From: Bdellovibrionota bacterium
GTDB taxonomy: Bacteria > Bdellovibrionota_C > UBA2361 > CALJRW01
Assembly: GCA_041740355.1 (NCBI GenBank)
Contig: JBGSMD010000038.1
Coordinates: 64,001 to 128,000 of the forward strand
DNA: 64,000 bases
Direction of reading: 5' to 3'
Position 1 is the first letter of the stretch. Every line of letters starts with the position of its first letter. The notes beneath the pieces are model-generated. The model made no database searches, was not told the DNA's origin, and was given only the letters and a program-made list of their open reading frames with translations. Made by a program: the position numbers and the translations under genes. Shown one piece after another: positions 51,570 to 64,000 of this stretch.

Positions 51570-52265
51570 ATGGCTAAGAAAGGAAAAAGATATTCAGCTC
51601 AGGTTGCCAAAGTAGAAGAGTTAAAACTTTATGGTTTAAACGATGCCTGTGCGCTTGTTGCTTCAACTGGTAGTGCCAAGTTTGATGAAGGTGTTGATGT
51701 CGCAATACGTTTAGGGGTTGACCCGCGTAAGGCTGATCAGAACATTCGTGGAAGTGTTGCTTTGCCACATGGTTTAGGAAAGACTATTCGTGTTGCTGTG
51801 TTCGCTAAGGGCGATAAAGCAGAAGAAGCTAAAAAAGCTGGTGCTGATATTGTTGGTGCAGAAGATTTAGCAGAGCAGATTCAAGCTGGTAAAATGGATT
51901 TTGATACACTGATTGCAACTCCTGATATGATGGTGTTGGTTGGTAAAGTAGGTAAGGTGCTTGGGCCACGAGGTTTGATGCCATCTCCGAAAGTAGGAAC
52001 GGTAACAGTTGATGTTGCTAATACAATCAAAGCAGTAAAAGCTGGTATGGCTGAGTACAAAGTTGATAAAGAAGGAGCAATTCATGCTTCTGTTGGTAAA
52101 GCTTCGTTTGGTGCTCAAAAATTACAAGAAAATATTGAAGCTCTGTTCGTTGCCTTGAATCGTGCTAAGCCTCAGACAAGCAAAGGTGTTTATCTGAAAA
52201 GTGCATCAATGTCAGCTACAATGGGACCTGGCGTTAAATTTGATTTGTCTGCATTAAGACAGTAA
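51570..52265 (+). CDS. rplA: 50S ribosomal protein L1
   Basis: [22 protein letters not shown] and TMGPG. Confidence 0.98.
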   Translation: MAKKGKRYSAQVAKVEELKLYGLNDACALVASTGSAKFDEGVDVAIRLGVDPRKADQNIRGSVALPHGLGKTIRVAVFAKGDKAEEAKKAGADIVGAEDLAEQIQAGKMDFDTLIATPDMMVLVGKVGKVLGPRGLMPSPKVGTVTVDVANTIKAVKAGMAEYKVDKEGAIHASVGKASFGAQKLQENIEALFVALNRAKPQTSKGVYLKSASMSATMGPGVKFDLSALRQ

Positions 52266-52297
52266 TAAAATAAGTAAATTTTAGTGGAGAGACAATT

Positions 52298-52837
52298 ATG
52301 AAATCTCATAGTGATAAAGTTGGTGATTTAGCGTTTGTAGAAGAGTCTTTTGATAACTCACAAATCGCTTTCTGCGTAGACTATCTTGGATTAACAGTTA
52401 AACAAGTTACAAGCTTGAGAGTTCAACTTAACGAAGTTGGAGCAGAGGCCAAAGTAGTGAAAAATACTTTAGCTAAATTAGCAGCTACAAAATGTTTTAA
52501 AGAAAGCTCACAAGCAGACTTAGAAAAGTTTAATAATCTTTTCGCAGGCCCGACAATGCTTGTCTTCGGGAAAGAAGATGCCGTGAGTTCAGCAAAGGTT
52601 ATTGCCAAGTTTGCTAAAGAAAATGAAAAGTTATCGATTAAAGGTGGTTGGTTTGCTAACAAATTTATCGATGAAACAGGCGTTGAGGCGGTATCTAAGA
52701 TGCCATCTCGCGAAGAGGTCCTTGGGCAGTTATTAGCTTTAATAAATACTCCTGCTACACAATTGTTGAGATTGATGAATACACCAGCTCGACAAATAGT
52801 ACAGGTTATTGAAGCCCAAAGACAAAAGTTAAGTTAA
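52298..52837 (+). CDS. rplJ: 50S ribosomal protein L10
   Basis: GLTV..LR, VVKNTL and PSREE; gene order. Confidence 0.96.
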   Translation: MKSHSDKVGDLAFVEESFDNSQIAFCVDYLGLTVKQVTSLRVQLNEVGAEAKVVKNTLAKLAATKCFKESSQADLEKFNNLFAGPTMLVFGKEDAVSSAKVIAKFAKENEKLSIKGGWFANKFIDETGVEAVSKMPSREEVLGQLLALINTPATQLLRLMNTPARQIVQVIEAQRQKLS

Positions 52838-52891
52838 TTATCCCAAAGGGTAATAAAGTTTTAGAATTGATTTTTTATTAGGAGTAAAAAA

Positions 52892-53272
52892 ATGTCTGAA
52901 GTAACTCGTGATCAAGTTGTTGATTACATCAAAGGTATGTCTCTATTAGATGCTGCGGATCTAGTTAAGACTTTAGAAAAAGAGCTTGGTGTTAGTGCTG
53001 CTGCTCCGGTTGCTATGATGGCTGCTGGTGGTGGAGCTGCTGCTGAAGCTGCTGAAGAAAAAACAGAATTCGACGTAGTTCTGGAAGATGGTGGTGCTGA
53101 GCGCGTCAAAGTAATTAAAGTTGTACGTGAAGTCACTGGTTTAGGCTTAAAAGAAGCTAAAGACCTTGTTGATAATGCTCCAAAACCAGTAAAAGAAGCT
53201 TGTTCTAAAGCAGATGCAGATGAGATCTTGAAAAAGATTACTGAAGCAGGCGGTAAAGCTACTATTAAGTAG
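52892..53272 (+). CDS. rplL: 50S ribosomal protein L7/L12
   Basis: EEKTEFDV and [12 protein letters not shown]. Confidence 0.98.
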   Translation: MSEVTRDQVVDYIKGMSLLDAADLVKTLEKELGVSAAAPVAMMAAGGGAAAEAAEEKTEFDVVLEDGGAERVKVIKVVREVTGLGLKEAKDLVDNAPKPVKEACSKADADEILKKITEAGGKATIK

Positions 53273-53469
53273 GTAAAATCCCAACTGTACTTGCTACAGT
53301 TGGATTTTAACCCCATTAAGTCGTGCATTCCTAGCTATTTACTTATATAAGTAAAAAGTCTAGGATGCGCTTCTTAAATTCTGACCAACTTAAACCATAG
53401 CAACAAGTATTTTGACAACTGATTCTTATATAACCTTAAGTAATAAGGTAAGACTATATTTTTGTTAAT

Positions 53470-53501
53470 CCGTTAACTGTTTTGTTCAGTGACGGCTTTT
53501 T
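53470..53501 (+). terminator. Possible intrinsic terminator/attenuator in the rplL-rpoB spacer
   Basis: CCGTTAACTG-ttttgtt-CAGTGACGG followed by CTTTTTGTGTTTT. Confidence 0.5.
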
Positions 53502-53830
53502 GTGTTTTGTTGGTTAGAATTTTGAAAACGTAATCGTTTTCAAAAAGTCAAAAATATTTTGGCTTAATAAGTAATGATACTGTGATGCGTTTTCCTTTAG
53601 AAATGTTTCACAGTCACTTTGAAAGTGCCTCCAAATACTTTGCTCATTCAAATATTCTTTGGATGTTTATTGCTACTTTTGGCACAAGATTATTCTCGAT
53701 TTAAGAAGTAGGGAAAATATTATCGCTAGATAATAATGCCCTGGTAGAGGTTCAGTCAATCCTCAAATTTCTTAAGGCGTAAGTTTAATCCTACTAACTT
53801 TGTTGTATTGCACATTGGGATTGTTTGATA

Positions 53831-56800
53831 ATGGCCACTAAACTCAAAAATAACTTCCGAGTCCGACGTAATTATTCAAAAATTAAAGAAGCGATCGACG
53901 TACCGCATCTAATCACACTTCAGAGAAAATCTTATGAAACTTTTTTACAGCGAGATGTTGCTCCTGAGAAAAGATCAAACATTGGTTTAGAGAGAGTTTT
54001 TAAAACTATCTTTCCAGTTAAAGACTACAATGATGTCGCTTCTCTAGAATATTCTTCTTACACGATTGGTGAACCTAAGTATGACATTGAAGAATGTCGT
54101 GCGCGTGGTATGACTTGGTCTGCTCCACTGCGAGTGACCATTCAGTTAGTCCTTTGGGACACTGATGCTGATACTGGTGTTAAAAACTTAAGCGCTTTGA
54201 AAGAAGACGAAGTTTACTTCGGTGAAGTTCCGTTAATGACAGACAAGGGTACTTTCATTATTAATGGTACTGAGCGTGTAATCGTCAGTCAGTTACATCG
54301 TTCTCCTGGTGTATTCTTTAACCATGATAATGGTAAGTCTCACGTATCTGGAAAATTACTCTATAATGCTCGCGTTATTCCGTATCGCGGTTCTTGGTTA
54401 GATTTAGAATTCGACGCTAAAGACATTATGCACGTTCGGATTGACCGTCGCCGGAAGTTAAATGCTACTGTTCTTTTAAGAGCAATGGGGATGGCTTCTG
54501 ATGACATTCTTTCTGAATACTACCATTCTGATATTCTAAACTTTGCTAAGAAAGGACTTGTTGTTAAAGACTTCAAGCCAATGCAATTGGAAGGTCAGCG
54601 TTCTTATCGTGATATTAAAATTGATGGTAAAGTTTTAGTTAAAGCTGGCGCTAAGTTTAACCGCGCAATTATCCGCCGATTAAAAGAAGCTAAGCTTGAT
54701 TCAGTTGAAGTTGATCCAGCAGCAGTTGCCGGAATGATTTCAGCTAAAACTATCGTAGAAGCAATTGATGATGTCTTAAATCCCAATAATGACGAAGTTA
54801 TCATGGAAGCAGGGGACCTATTAATAGGTTGGGATGCTGTCATGGATAAATTCGGAATGTTGTTTACAGATTTAGACTATGATGAAGCTCAAGAAATTTG
54901 TGAAAGCTTAAACGTTATTGTTTATGCCGGAGAAGAATTAACAGCAGACAAGGTAAACGCTAAAGGCGAAGTTGTTGAAGCTGGAAATGTTTCTGAATTA
55001 AGAGCTAGAAATATTGACGAAATTGAAGTTCTATACATGGACGATCGCCACATTGGTGATTCTCTGTGGAGAACATTAATGACTGATAAATTGGCTCCAG
55101 AGCGAGATGATTTATATTCAAAAATTATTGGCAAGCCGACAATCGACGCACTAGTCGAGATATATCGTCGCATTCGTCCGGGAGATCCACCCCGCCCTGA
55201 AACTGCCAGTGCTACATTTGATAATTTATTTTTTAGCCCAGACCGTTATGACTTGTCAGAAATTGGTCGCTACAAGCTGAATTTCAAACTTTATATTTCC
55301 CAAGGGAAAGAGGCTCCAGCTGTTGAGCAGGGAACTCTTCATCAACAAGATATTAAAGAAACTGTTCGTTACTTGTTACATCTTCGTACCGGGGCTGACA
55401 CTTACAAATTTCAAGTTGATGATATCGACCACTTAGGTAACCGTCGTGTTCGCGCCGTAGGGGAATTAGTTGAGAATCAGATTTTAGTTGGTCTTGTTCG
55501 AATGGAACGTGCGGCTAAAGAAAGAATGAGCATGCAAGATGTTGATACACTTGTTCCTCAGGATCTTGTTAACTATAAATTGATTGCTGCTGTACTAAAA
55601 GAATTTTTTGGTTCTTCTCAGCTTTCTCAGTTTATGGATCAAGTTAATCCACTTTCTGAAATCACCCACAAACGTCGTCTATCAGCCTTAGGGCCTGGTG
55701 GACTAACAAGAGACCGTGCAGGTTTCGAAGTTCGTGACGTTAACTCCAGTCACTACGGACGAATTTGTCCGATTGAAACACCGGAAGGACCAAACATTGG
55801 TTTGATCTCTTCAATGGCAGTTTACTCTCGAGTAAATGATTTTGGATTCTTAGAGTCTCCATATCGTATCGTTGATGATCAAGGACGTGTAACTGAAGAC
55901 GTAGTTTACCTTTCAGCATTAGAAGAAGAGCGTGAAGTAATTGCTCAAGCTAGTGCTAACATTTTGCCAAATGGTGAATTTGCTGATGATACGACAATCT
56001 GTCGTCGCGCTGGTGATTACTTAATGGCGAACAAAGAAGATGTTACTAAAGTCGACGTTAGTCCTCGTCAGATTGTGAGTGTTGCTGCGGCATTAATTCC
56101 TTTCTTAGAGAATGATGATGCGAACAGAGCCTTGATGGGATCGAACATGCAACGTCAGGCAGTACCATGTCTTAAATCTATGGCTCCACTTGTTGGAACA
56201 GGGATGGAAAGAATTGTTGCGCGTGACTCAGGTTCTACAATTGTAGCTAAGCGTCCAGGTAAAGTAATTACTGTTGATGCTGAGCGGATTGTAATCAAAG
56301 CTGATCGTGCATCTGATGATGCTTTAGACACAGGGGTAGATATCTACAACTTGTATAAGTATCAGCGTTCTAACCAGGATACATGTATTAACCAAAAGCC
56401 GATTGTGCGTGCTGGTGAAAAAGTAACTCGTGGTGAAGTTATTGCGGACGGACCAAGTACAGACATGGCGGAATTGGCTCTAGGTCAAAACGTTGTCGTA
56501 GCTTTCATGCCTTGGAATGGATACAACTTTGAGGACTCAATTTTAATTAACGAAAACTTAGTTAAGAAAGATATCTTTACTTCTATTCACATTGATAGTT
56601 ACGAGTGTTTAGCTCGTGACACGAAGCTTGGAAAAGAAGAAGTAACTCAGGATATTCCAAACATTGGTGAAGATTCATTAAAAAATCTTGACGAATCAGG
56701 GATTGTTCGCGTTGGTACGGAAGTATCTCATGGTGATATCTTAGTTGGTAAAGTAACTCCAAAGAGTGAAACTCAATTAAGCCCAGAAGAAAAACTTTTA

Positions 56801-58300
56801 AGAGCGATTTTCGGTGAAAAAGCCGGTGAAGTTCGCGATACAAGTTTGAGATTACCTCCAGGAGCTGGTGGAACAATTATTGGTACGCAAGTATTTTCTC
56901 GCAAAGGTATTGAAAAAGACGAACGTGCTCTAGCCTTAGAGAAGCAAGAAATTGCCCGTTACGAAATGGATTACCGCGATGAAGTTAACATCATTAAAGA
57001 TGCTGCTGTTGTAGAAGTTGCTGCTTTTTATAAAGGCAAAGTAACTACTGTTAAGTTAGTTGATGATAAGCGTAAAGATTTAATCGCCAAAGGCGAAACT
57101 TTAACTCCTGAAATGTTGATGGAAGTTCCTTTTGAATATTTAAGAGATATTCAAGTAGGTGATGACGCACTTCAAGAAAAAGTTAACTCAATTGTTGTTA
57201 AAACTGGTCAGCTTATTAATAACAAGCGCACAGTTCTACAAGAGAAGATCAAGCGTATTAAAGAAGGTGATGAATTAGCGCCTGGTGTAGTTAAGATGGT
57301 TAAAGTCTTTGTTGCCCATAAACGCAAAATTCAAATCGGGGATAAGTTAGCTGGTCGTCACGGAAATAAAGGGGTTCTTTCCCAAGTTGTTCCGCAAGAA
57401 GACATGCCATACTTGCCTGATGGAACTCCAGTTGATGTTGTTCTAAATCCACTTGGGGTGCCTTCTCGGATGAACGTTGGTCAGATCCTAGAAGTTCACT
57501 TAGGTTTAGCTGCTTGGGAACTTGGTCGTAAACTTACTGAAGTAATCAGTGTAGTTGTTGATCCAATCACTGGTGCTGAGCGTAAAGGTACAACTTCTGC
57601 CGATCGTGAGTCTGTTAACCAACAGCTTCATGCCATCTTTAAAGTTGCTTATGGTGCTGAGCTTTACAATGAAGAGATTGCCAAACTTGGTGACCAAGCC
57701 TTAATTGAACTTGCTCGTAAAGAACAAACAGGAATTCACTTTGCAACTCCAGTATTTGATGCTGCTAAAGAAGAAAGCATTCGCTCACTTCTTAGATTCA
57801 GCGGACATGAAGAGTCAGGTAAGTGTACCTTGTTTGATGGACGAACCGGTGAAGCCTTCGCGGAGAAAGTTACAGTTGGTGTGATGTACATCCTAAAACT
57901 AGATCACTTAGTTGAAGATAAGATGCATGCTCGTTCAATTGGACCTTACTCACTTGTTACGCAACAGCCGCTAGGTGGTAAAGCACAATTTGGTGGACAG
58001 CGTCTTGGGGAGATGGAAGTTTGGGCCTTAGAAGCATATGGAGCAGCTTATTCACTACAAGAATTCTTAACAGTCAAATCAGATGATGTTGCTGGAAGAA
58101 CTAGAATGTATGAGTCCATTGTTAAAGGTGAACATACTCTTGAACCAGGCTTACCGGAATCATTTAATGTAATGATTAAAGAGCTTCAATCTTTAAGCTT
58201 AAACATTGAACTGTTAGAAGGTAACCAAGGACAAACTGCAGTTGTTGCAGATCAAGAAACTGATGACCTGATTGAAAATGTTACTGGCGCAGTTGCCTAA
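53831..58300 (+). CDS. rpoB: RNA polymerase beta subunit
   Basis: [35 protein letters not shown] and [14 protein letters not shown]; ATG at 53831. Confidence 0.99.
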   Translation: MATKLKNNFRVRRNYSKIKEAIDVPHLITLQRKSYETFLQRDVAPEKRSNIGLERVFKTIFPVKDYNDVASLEYSSYTIGEPKYDIEECRARGMTWSAPLRVTIQLVLWDTDADTGVKNLSALKEDEVYFGEVPLMTDKGTFIINGTERVIVSQLHRSPGVFFNHDNGKSHVSGKLLYNARVIPYRGSWLDLEFDAKDIMHVRIDRRRKLNATVLLRAMGMASDDILSEYYHSDILNFAKKGLVVKDFKPMQLEGQRSYRDIKIDGKVLVKAGAKFNRAIIRRLKEAKLDSVEVDPAAVAGMISAKTIVEAIDDVLNPNNDEVIMEAGDLLIGWDAVMDKFGMLFTDLDYDEAQEICESLNVIVYAGEELTADKVNAKGEVVEAGNVSELRARNIDEIEVLYMDDRHIGDSLWRTLMTDKLAPERDDLYSKIIGKPTIDALVEIYRRIRPGDPPRPETASATFDNLFFSPDRYDLSEIGRYKLNFKLYISQGKEAPAVEQGTLHQQDIKETVRYLLHLRTGADTYKFQVDDIDHLGNRRVRAVGELVENQILVGLVRMERAAKERMSMQDVDTLVPQDLVNYKLIAAVLKEFFGSSQLSQFMDQVNPLSEITHKRRLSALGPGGLTRDRAGFEVRDVNSSHYGRICPIETPEGPNIGLISSMAVYSRVNDFGFLESPYRIVDDQGRVTEDVVYLSALEEEREVIAQASANILPNGEFADDTTICRRAGDYLMANKEDVTKVDVSPRQIVSVAAALIPFLENDDANRALMGSNMQRQAVPCLKSMAPLVGTGMERIVARDSGSTIVAKRPGKVITVDAERIVIKADRASDDALDTGVDIYNLYKYQRSNQDTCINQKPIVRAGEKVTRGEVIADGPSTDMAELALGQNVVVAFMPWNGYNFEDSILINENLVKKDIFTSIHIDSYECLARDTKLGKEEVTQDIPNIGEDSLKNLDESGIVRVGTEVSHGDILVGKVTPKSETQLSPEEKLLRAIFGEKAGEVRDTSLRLPPGAGGTIIGTQVFSRKGIEKDERALALEKQEIARYEMDYRDEVNIIKDAAVVEVAAFYKGKVTTVKLVDDKRKDLIAKGETLTPEMLMEVPFEYLRDIQVGDDALQEKVNSIVVKTGQLINNKRTVLQEKIKRIKEGDELAPGVVKMVKVFVAHKRKIQIGDKLAGRHGNKGVLSQVVPQEDMPYLPDGTPVDVVLNPLGVPSRMNVGQILEVHLGLAAWELGRKLTEVISVVVDPITGAERKGTTSADRESVNQQLHAIFKVAYGAELYNEEIAKLGDQALIELARKEQTGIHFATPVFDAAKEESIRSLLRFSGHEESGKCTLFDGRTGEAFAEKVTVGVMYILKLDHLVEDKMHARSIGPYSLVTQQPLGGKAQFGGQRLGEMEVWALEAYGAAYSLQEFLTVKSDDVAGRTRMYESIVKGEHTLEPGLPESFNVMIKELQSLSLNIELLEGNQGQTAVVADQETDDLIENVTGAVA

Positions 58301-58306
58301 ATGCCC

Positions 58307-58343
58307 TAAGCGTCACTAGGCTTTTAAAGCTTAGTGACGCTTA
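58307..58343. other. Strong hairpin between rpoB and rpoC
   Basis: TAAGCGTCACTAGGCTT-tta-AAGCTTAGTGACGCTTA. Confidence 0.6.
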
Positions 58344-58373
58344 TTAGAAAAGTTATACGAAATAATAAAAACT

Positions 58374-61300
58374 ATGAGCGATATATTTAGCCTTTTTAAT
58401 AAACCGAAAAGCCCAGTTGACTACAGTGCTGTAAAAATCTCATTGGCTGGTCCAGAGATGATTCGCTCTTGGTCTAGTGGTGAAGTAACAAAGCCTGAAA
58501 CTATCAACTACCGTACATTAAAACCGGAACGTGATGGTTTGTTTTGTGCGAAAACTTTTGGTCCAGTTAAGGATTATGAGTGTGTTTGTGGTAAGTACAA
58601 AAGACTGCGTCACCGTGGTGTTGTTTGTGAAAAATGTGGTGTGGAAGTTATTGAATCTAAAGTTCGTCGTGAGCGTTTAGGTCACATTGAACTTGCCTGC
58701 CCAGTTGCTCATATTTGGTTCTTAAAAAGCTTACCAAGTCGTATCGGTACAATCCTAGACATTACTCTACGAGATCTAGAGAAAGTACTTTACTTCGAAG
58801 CTTACATTGTTACTGAAGATGGTGACTCTGATTTTGAAATTGGTCAGATTCTTACTGAAAAAGAATTCCGTGATGCTCAAAAAGAAATGGCTAATGGAAC
58901 CGGGGAAGAATTTAAAGCCGGAATGGGTGCAGAATCAATCGAAGTCCTATTAAAGCAATTAAATCTTCAAGAAATGTACGATACCCTTCGTGCCGAAATT
59001 AAAGATGTTACATCTGTAGCTAAGAAGAAGAAATTTGCTAAACGATTAAAAGTTGTCAGCGCTTTCTTAGAATCTGGAAACACACCACAGTCAATGGTAC
59101 TGAAAGTATTACCAGTTATTCCACCAGATCTTCGTCCTTTAGTTCCACTTGATGGTGGACGATTCGCGACAAGCGATCTGAATGATTTATACCGTCGTGT
59201 AATTAACCGTAACAACCGTTTAAAAAGATTAATTACGCTTCAAGCTCCGGACATTATCGTTCGTAACGAAAAGCGTATGTTACAAGAGTCAGTTGATGCA
59301 CTTCTTGATAATGGTCGTCGTGGTAGAACTGTAACTGGTCCTAACAAACGCCCACTTAAATCTTTAAGTGATATTCTTAAAGGTAAGACTGGACGTTTCC
59401 GTCAGAACTTACTTGGTAAGCGTGTTGATTATTCAGGTCGTTCAGTAATTGTAGCTGGTCCTGAACTAAGATTACATCAGTGTGGATTACCAAAGCAGAT
59501 GGCTTTGGAATTATTCCGTCCGTTTATTTATAACAAACTAGAAACTAAAGGTTACGTTGCTACAATTAAAAGCGCCAAGAAAATGGTGGAGCAAGGTAAA
59601 GAAGTAGTTTGGGATATTCTTGATGAAGTTATTAAAGAGCACCCAGTGTTACTTAACCGTGCACCAACTCTTCACCGACTTGGACTTCAAGCATTCGAAC
59701 CAATCCTAGTTGAAGGTAAAGCTATTCGCTTACACCCACTTGTTTGTTTCGCATTTAATGCTGACTTTGACGGAGATCAGATGGCTGTTCACGTTCCTTT
59801 GTCTGTGGAAGCTCAAGTAGAAGCACGAGTGCTCATGATGGCAACTAATAACATTCTTAGTCCGCAAAGTGGTAAGCCAGTTATTCCACCATCTCAAGAT
59901 ATTGTACTTGGACTTTATTACATGTCTCGTATCCGCCCTTTCGCTAAAGGTTCTGGACGAACATTTGCTAATCCAGGTGAGCTTTGGTTCGCTTGGCAGT
60001 CAGGTGAAGTTAATGTTCAGGCAGGTGTGAAATGTAGAATTAACGGAAAGATTGAAGAAACTTCAGTTGGACGAGTTCTTTTCTATTACATGGTACCAGA
60101 TACATTACCTTTCAAATTCTTTAACAGAGATTTGAAGAAAAAAGATCTTACTCAAATGCTTGATGAAGCCTACAGAACAGCTGGTAACAAAGCTACTGTA
60201 ATCTTTGCTGACCGCATGAAAGACATTGGATATCGTTTTGCAACTCTTGCTGGTATTTCGATCGGAATTGACGACATGACAATTCCAGAAAGCAAGCAAA
60301 GAATTCTTGCTGATGCTGATGCTAAAGTAATGGAAATTGATAATCAGTACCAAGAAGGTTTGATTACAATGGGAGAGCGTTATAACAAAGTCATCGATAT
60401 TTGGTCAGACGTAGGGGATAATATTGCTGAAGATATGCTTCAGGGTATTTCTACTGCTGAATTTAAAAATGAAGAGACTGGTGAAATCGTTCGTGGGTCC
60501 TCTTTCAATCCCATTTATGTAATGGCTGACTCAGGAGCCAGGGGTTCTAACCAACAGATTCGTCAGTTGGCTGGGATGCGTGGTTTGATGGCTAAGCCAG
60601 ATGGATCGATTATTGAACAACCGATTAAATCTAACTTCCGTGAAGGATTAACAGTACAACAGTACTTCGTTTCTACTCACGGAGCTCGTAAAGGTTTGGC
60701 CGATACTGCTCTTAAAACAGCTAACTCTGGTTACTTAACTAGACGTTTAGTTCTTGTTGCACAGGATTGTATTATCACTGGTGAAGATTGCGGAACATCT
60801 CAAGGGATTCCTCAAACTGCTTTAATCGAAGGTGGTGAAGAGATTGAATCGTTGACTAACCGAATCTTAGGACGTGTTGCTGCTGAGGACATTTACGATT
60901 CAGTTACTAATGAAGTAATCGTTAAACAAGCTACTGAGTTAGATGAAGTTGCCTGTGATGCTATCATCTCTGCTGGAATTGACAGTGTGATGATTCGTTC
61001 AGTTCTAACTTGCGAATCAAAACGTGGAGTTTGTATTAAGTGTTATGGTCGTGACTTAGGTCGTGGACACATGGTTAATATTGGTGAGCCAGTAGGGGTT
61101 ATTGCTGCTCAATCAATTGGTGAGCCGGGAACACAGTTAACAATGCGTACTTTCCACGTCGGGGGTGCGGCATCTGGTCGTTCAGAGCAATCAACTTTAG
61201 AAGCTCGCTTTTCAGGTAAGGTTAAGTTTGAAGAATTAAAATCTGTAGAAAAGAAAAACGGTGCCATTGTTGTAATGAACCGTAAAGCAGAATTCGTAGT

Positions 61301-62513
61301 TCTTGATGCTCAAGATGGGCGTGAAAGAGAACGCCGTAAATTAGTTTATGGTTCTGTTCTTAAAGTTAAAAATGGTGATGATGTGACTGCCGGTCAGCTT
61401 GTAGCTGAGTGGGATCCGTTTACTATTCCATTATTAACTGACGTTGCCGGACGTATCGAGTGGCAAGATATCAGTGAGCTTACAATGGAAGAGCGTACTG
61501 ATGAAAGAACTGGATTCGCCGAAAGAGAGATCATTCAAGCTAAAGATAAAACTTCTGATTTGAAACCACGGCTTTTAATTCACACTGCTACAGGCGAAGT
61601 AAGAACATACAACTTACCAGTTGGTATTCGTTTAACTGTTGAGCATAATGTGGAAATTGATGCCGGGGATGTTATCGCTAAGCGGGAGAGAGCATCCACT
61701 AAGACTAAAGATATTACCGGGGGTCTACCTCGCGTAGTTGAATTATTTGAAGCTCGTAAACCAAAAGATCCAGCCTTCGTTGCTGATGTTGATGGTACGA
61801 TTGAGTTCGGAGAAGATTTACGTGGTAAGCGACGTCTTTATATTCGCCCAGAATATGGTGATATCGTAGAATACTTAATTCCTAAGAATAAGCATATCTC
61901 TGTGGAACAAGGTGACTTGGTTCGTTCAGGTGATACAATTACAGATGGAGATGAGAATCCACATGATATCTTAAGAATTAAAGGTGTTTCTGCTCTTGCT
62001 GAATACTTAGTAAATGAAGTTCAGCAGATTTATCGCCTACAAGGTGTACGAATCGATGATAAACACATTGAAGTAATCGTTCGTCAGATGTTAAGAAAAG
62101 TTCTAATCACTGATATGGGTGATTCAAACTTCTTAATTGAAGATAACGTGGAAAGAATTCGTGTTCTGGAAGAGAATCAGCGTTTAATTGCTGCTGGTAA
62201 ATCACCAGTTAAATTTGAATACCAATTACTTGGTATTACAAAATCAGCCCTAAATACTGAGTCGTTCATTACTGCTGCAAGTTTTCAAGAAACTACTAAA
62301 GTGTTAACTCAAGCGTCAATCGCTGGTAAAGTTGACCACTTGATGGGATTAAAAGAAAACGTAGTAATGGGTAAATTGATTCCGGCTGGAACAGGAATTA
62401 AAGCTTATAAAAGCAAAGAAGTTTTTGTTGAAGGACAAGAACAAGAACCCGTTGCTGAAGTTAAGCCAAGAATTACTCAAACTTCAATCGAGTCTTTAGC
62501 GGCTTTATTATAA
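58374..62513 (+). CDS. rpoC: RNA polymerase beta' subunit
   Basis: NADFDGD, zinc-binding Cys residues and [15 protein letters not shown]. Confidence 0.99.
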   Translation: MSDIFSLFNKPKSPVDYSAVKISLAGPEMIRSWSSGEVTKPETINYRTLKPERDGLFCAKTFGPVKDYECVCGKYKRLRHRGVVCEKCGVEVIESKVRRERLGHIELACPVAHIWFLKSLPSRIGTILDITLRDLEKVLYFEAYIVTEDGDSDFEIGQILTEKEFRDAQKEMANGTGEEFKAGMGAESIEVLLKQLNLQEMYDTLRAEIKDVTSVAKKKKFAKRLKVVSAFLESGNTPQSMVLKVLPVIPPDLRPLVPLDGGRFATSDLNDLYRRVINRNNRLKRLITLQAPDIIVRNEKRMLQESVDALLDNGRRGRTVTGPNKRPLKSLSDILKGKTGRFRQNLLGKRVDYSGRSVIVAGPELRLHQCGLPKQMALELFRPFIYNKLETKGYVATIKSAKKMVEQGKEVVWDILDEVIKEHPVLLNRAPTLHRLGLQAFEPILVEGKAIRLHPLVCFAFNADFDGDQMAVHVPLSVEAQVEARVLMMATNNILSPQSGKPVIPPSQDIVLGLYYMSRIRPFAKGSGRTFANPGELWFAWQSGEVNVQAGVKCRINGKIEETSVGRVLFYYMVPDTLPFKFFNRDLKKKDLTQMLDEAYRTAGNKATVIFADRMKDIGYRFATLAGISIGIDDMTIPESKQRILADADAKVMEIDNQYQEGLITMGERYNKVIDIWSDVGDNIAEDMLQGISTAEFKNEETGEIVRGSSFNPIYVMADSGARGSNQQIRQLAGMRGLMAKPDGSIIEQPIKSNFREGLTVQQYFVSTHGARKGLADTALKTANSGYLTRRLVLVAQDCIITGEDCGTSQGIPQTALIEGGEEIESLTNRILGRVAAEDIYDSVTNEVIVKQATELDEVACDAIISAGIDSVMIRSVLTCESKRGVCIKCYGRDLGRGHMVNIGEPVGVIAAQSIGEPGTQLTMRTFHVGGAASGRSEQSTLEARFSGKVKFEELKSVEKKNGAIVVMNRKAEFVVLDAQDGRERERRKLVYGSVLKVKNGDDVTAGQLVAEWDPFTIPLLTDVAGRIEWQDISELTMEERTDERTGFAEREIIQAKDKTSDLKPRLLIHTATGEVRTYNLPVGIRLTVEHNVEIDAGDVIAKRERASTKTKDITGGLPRVVELFEARKPKDPAFVADVDGTIEFGEDLRGKRRLYIRPEYGDIVEYLIPKNKHISVEQGDLVRSGDTITDGDENPHDILRIKGVSALAEYLVNEVQQIYRLQGVRIDDKHIEVIVRQMLRKVLITDMGDSNFLIEDNVERIRVLEENQRLIAAGKSPVKFEYQLLGITKSALNTESFITAASFQETTKVLTQASIAGKVDHLMGLKENVVMGKLIPAGTGIKAYKSKEVFVEGQEQEPVAEVKPRITQTSIESLAALL

Positions 62514-62540
62514 GTAGCTAAAAAAACTCATTGTTCATGA

Positions 62541-62580
62541 AAAGCCAGTTTGGATTTATCTCCAAGCTGGCTTTTTTGTT
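62541..62580 (+). terminator. Rho-independent terminator after rpoC
   Basis: AAAGCCAGTTTGGA-tttatc-TCCAAGCTGGCTTTTTTGTT. Confidence 0.85.
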
Positions 62581-62664
62581 TTCTCTGTAATTTTGCCATT
62601 TTATAAAGTAAAGCCTAGTTAGTTTTAGTATATTCAAATGATTTTGATGAGGTTAAAATGATAC

Positions 62665-63453
62665 ATGGTTAAATCTTCTTTCTGGGCATTACTAGCTAGT
62701 TTACTACTCTGGTCTTTATCCCTGTACTTTACTAAGCAATTGCCTGCGCCCAGTGAAATAATTAGAAATCTAAAAACTAATCCGAAACAATATTCAACCA
62801 CGGAGCCAGGTTTTGATTTTTCTTATGCTGGTGAGAATTATAATGTGGATCCAATTGCTGATTATGAACTTTATGGATTAGTAGTTAGTCATAATAACAT
62901 TGGTGGTTTTACGGATGCTTATCACACTAGCAAATCTGTTGATTTAAAAGATGCCTGTGTTGTCTGGGGATCTAATTTGATGTCTGATGTTTATCAAAGA
63001 GTTAAATTTACTAGTGGAGCTTGGACTTGTTATTTTAACTTTGATAATAGCCAGGATGCTGGTGATTTTGAGTTAAGCCAAATTTCTAACAATCACTTAC
63101 TTTCCGCTGATCCGACAATTCAAAAGCACATACGAAACTTAAACATTGGAGATCAGATTCACTTGCGAGGCTATTTGGTTAATTATGCGAATTCTAAAAC
63201 TCCAAACCAATTAAGACGATCCAGTACCAACCGAACAGACACTGGAGATGGAGCTTGCGAAGTTTTCTACCTAGATCATTTAAAAGTTTTAAAGGCCGGA
63301 AATCCTTTATGGAATACCATTAGGACTATTACCTATTATGCTAATTATATTTTCGGGTTCCTCTTCTTGGTAACCTTTATTTATTTTGAGCAGTCGCGAT
63401 TTCAGCGGCGGAAGCAACCAGCAAATACTAAAGTCAGATTTAGTCAGTACTAG
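62665..63453 (+). CDS. Hypothetical membrane-anchored protein
   Basis: TM segments at both termini; SNNHL and RTDTGDGACE motifs; function unknown. Confidence 0.75.
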   Translation: MVKSSFWALLASLLLWSLSLYFTKQLPAPSEIIRNLKTNPKQYSTTEPGFDFSYAGENYNVDPIADYELYGLVVSHNNIGGFTDAYHTSKSVDLKDACVVWGSNLMSDVYQRVKFTSGAWTCYFNFDNSQDAGDFELSQISNNHLLSADPTIQKHIRNLNIGDQIHLRGYLVNYANSKTPNQLRRSSTNRTDTGDGACEVFYLDHLKVLKAGNPLWNTIRTITYYANYIFGFLFLVTFIYFEQSRFQRRKQPANTKVRFSQY

Positions 63454-63524
63454 TTCTCCCCTTTTGGGACGCAGAAGATAATCTAGTTATTAGTGGTAAT
63501 GCTGGGCGTCCCAAAAGGGGAGAA
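63454..63524. repeat. REP/REPIN-like family 3, copy 3
   Basis: TTCTCCCCTTTTGGGACGC-N33-GCGTCCCAAAAGGGGAGAA directly after the TAG stop. Confidence 0.85.
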
Positions 63525-63595
63525 CTAATTTTCTATTTATACCGCGCTTAGCCTGTTCCTTATTTACTTTAAATTTTAGATTATTTAAGATAATA

Positions 63596-63737
63596 TAGTT
63601 GTGACAAAAAGTAATTTCTGAATGATTAAAAGTTACTTTTGAGGTTTTTGTCATAACTATATGATTTTATTTTCCCTCTGGGGGATAGTAAGCTTCAAAA
63701 AGTGATTCCCTACGGAAATCACTTTTTGGACTTACTA
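63596..63737 (+). mobile_element. MITE-like family 1, copy 5 (142 bp, TA flanks)
   Basis: TA|TAGTTGTGACAAAAAGTAATTTC...ATAACTATATGATTTTAT...GAAATCACTTTTTGGACTTACTA|TA. Confidence 0.85.
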
Positions 63738-63770
63738 TATTATTAATTTTAACTTAAGGCAGGATTTTTT

Positions 63771-64000
63771 ATGACAATGCTGAAGAATTTTTTAGAGCTT
63801 CCTTACGACGAATTAGAAAAAAGGAATCTTGAAGCTAAGGCTAAACAATTAGCTAAAGTTAGCTATGACGAACTTCAAGACGAGTATCTTAAAATCTTAG
63901 CTGAAGAAACTTCTTTAAAGGCAGTAACTGTATGTTTCACTGACTTAGAAGGTAAATTTCATATGTTAGATTATGATAAAAAGTTTTTATTGAAATCATA
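63771..64000 (+). CDS. glnA: Glutamine synthetase family protein, 5' part
   Basis: Manual translation MTMLKNFLELPYDELE...KAVTVCFTDLEGKFHMLDYDKKFL, with the GS N-terminal F(T/S)DxxG motif; truncated by the window end. Confidence 0.7.
   Translation, partial: MTMLKNFLELPYDELEKRNLEAKAKQLAKVSYDELQDEYLKILAEETSLKAVTVCFTDLEGKFHMLDYDKKFLLKS

Noticed and set aside
52924-53328. 134-aa antisense ORF over rplL, and the other short antisense or overlapping ORFs in the track
   Set aside because: Shadow ORFs produced by codon bias of real genes; no recognisable motifs

Overview
AT-rich bacterial chromosomal segment; RpoB/RpoC, PilP and the pilins look deltaproteobacterial or Bdellovibrionota-like, which is a tentative inference. 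The left two-thirds is accessory and envelope-rich. It holds a partial chrA, an IS remnant, six of the seven GT-C-like polytopic membrane proteins, an arylsulfotransferase, two tandem type IV pilins, a decayed sulfatase, a kamA + 2x ATP-grasp + GNAT (+SET) cluster, an AlkP/sulfatase-like operon, comM, a pseudopilin-PilP fusion, asnS and four tRNAs. The right third holds umuDC, a glycan operon, the core secE-nusG-rplKAJL-rpoBC cluster and the start of glnA. The main unannotated signal is non-coding. A 134-162 bp element with ~24-26 bp terminal inverted repeats, TA flanks and a central IHF-like site occurs 5 times, always with the same end facing a downstream gene. An empty site in the duplicated pilin promoter points to insertion at TA, so it resembles a Correia-type MITE. 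At least two further dispersed repeat families are present. All alignments were done by eye.
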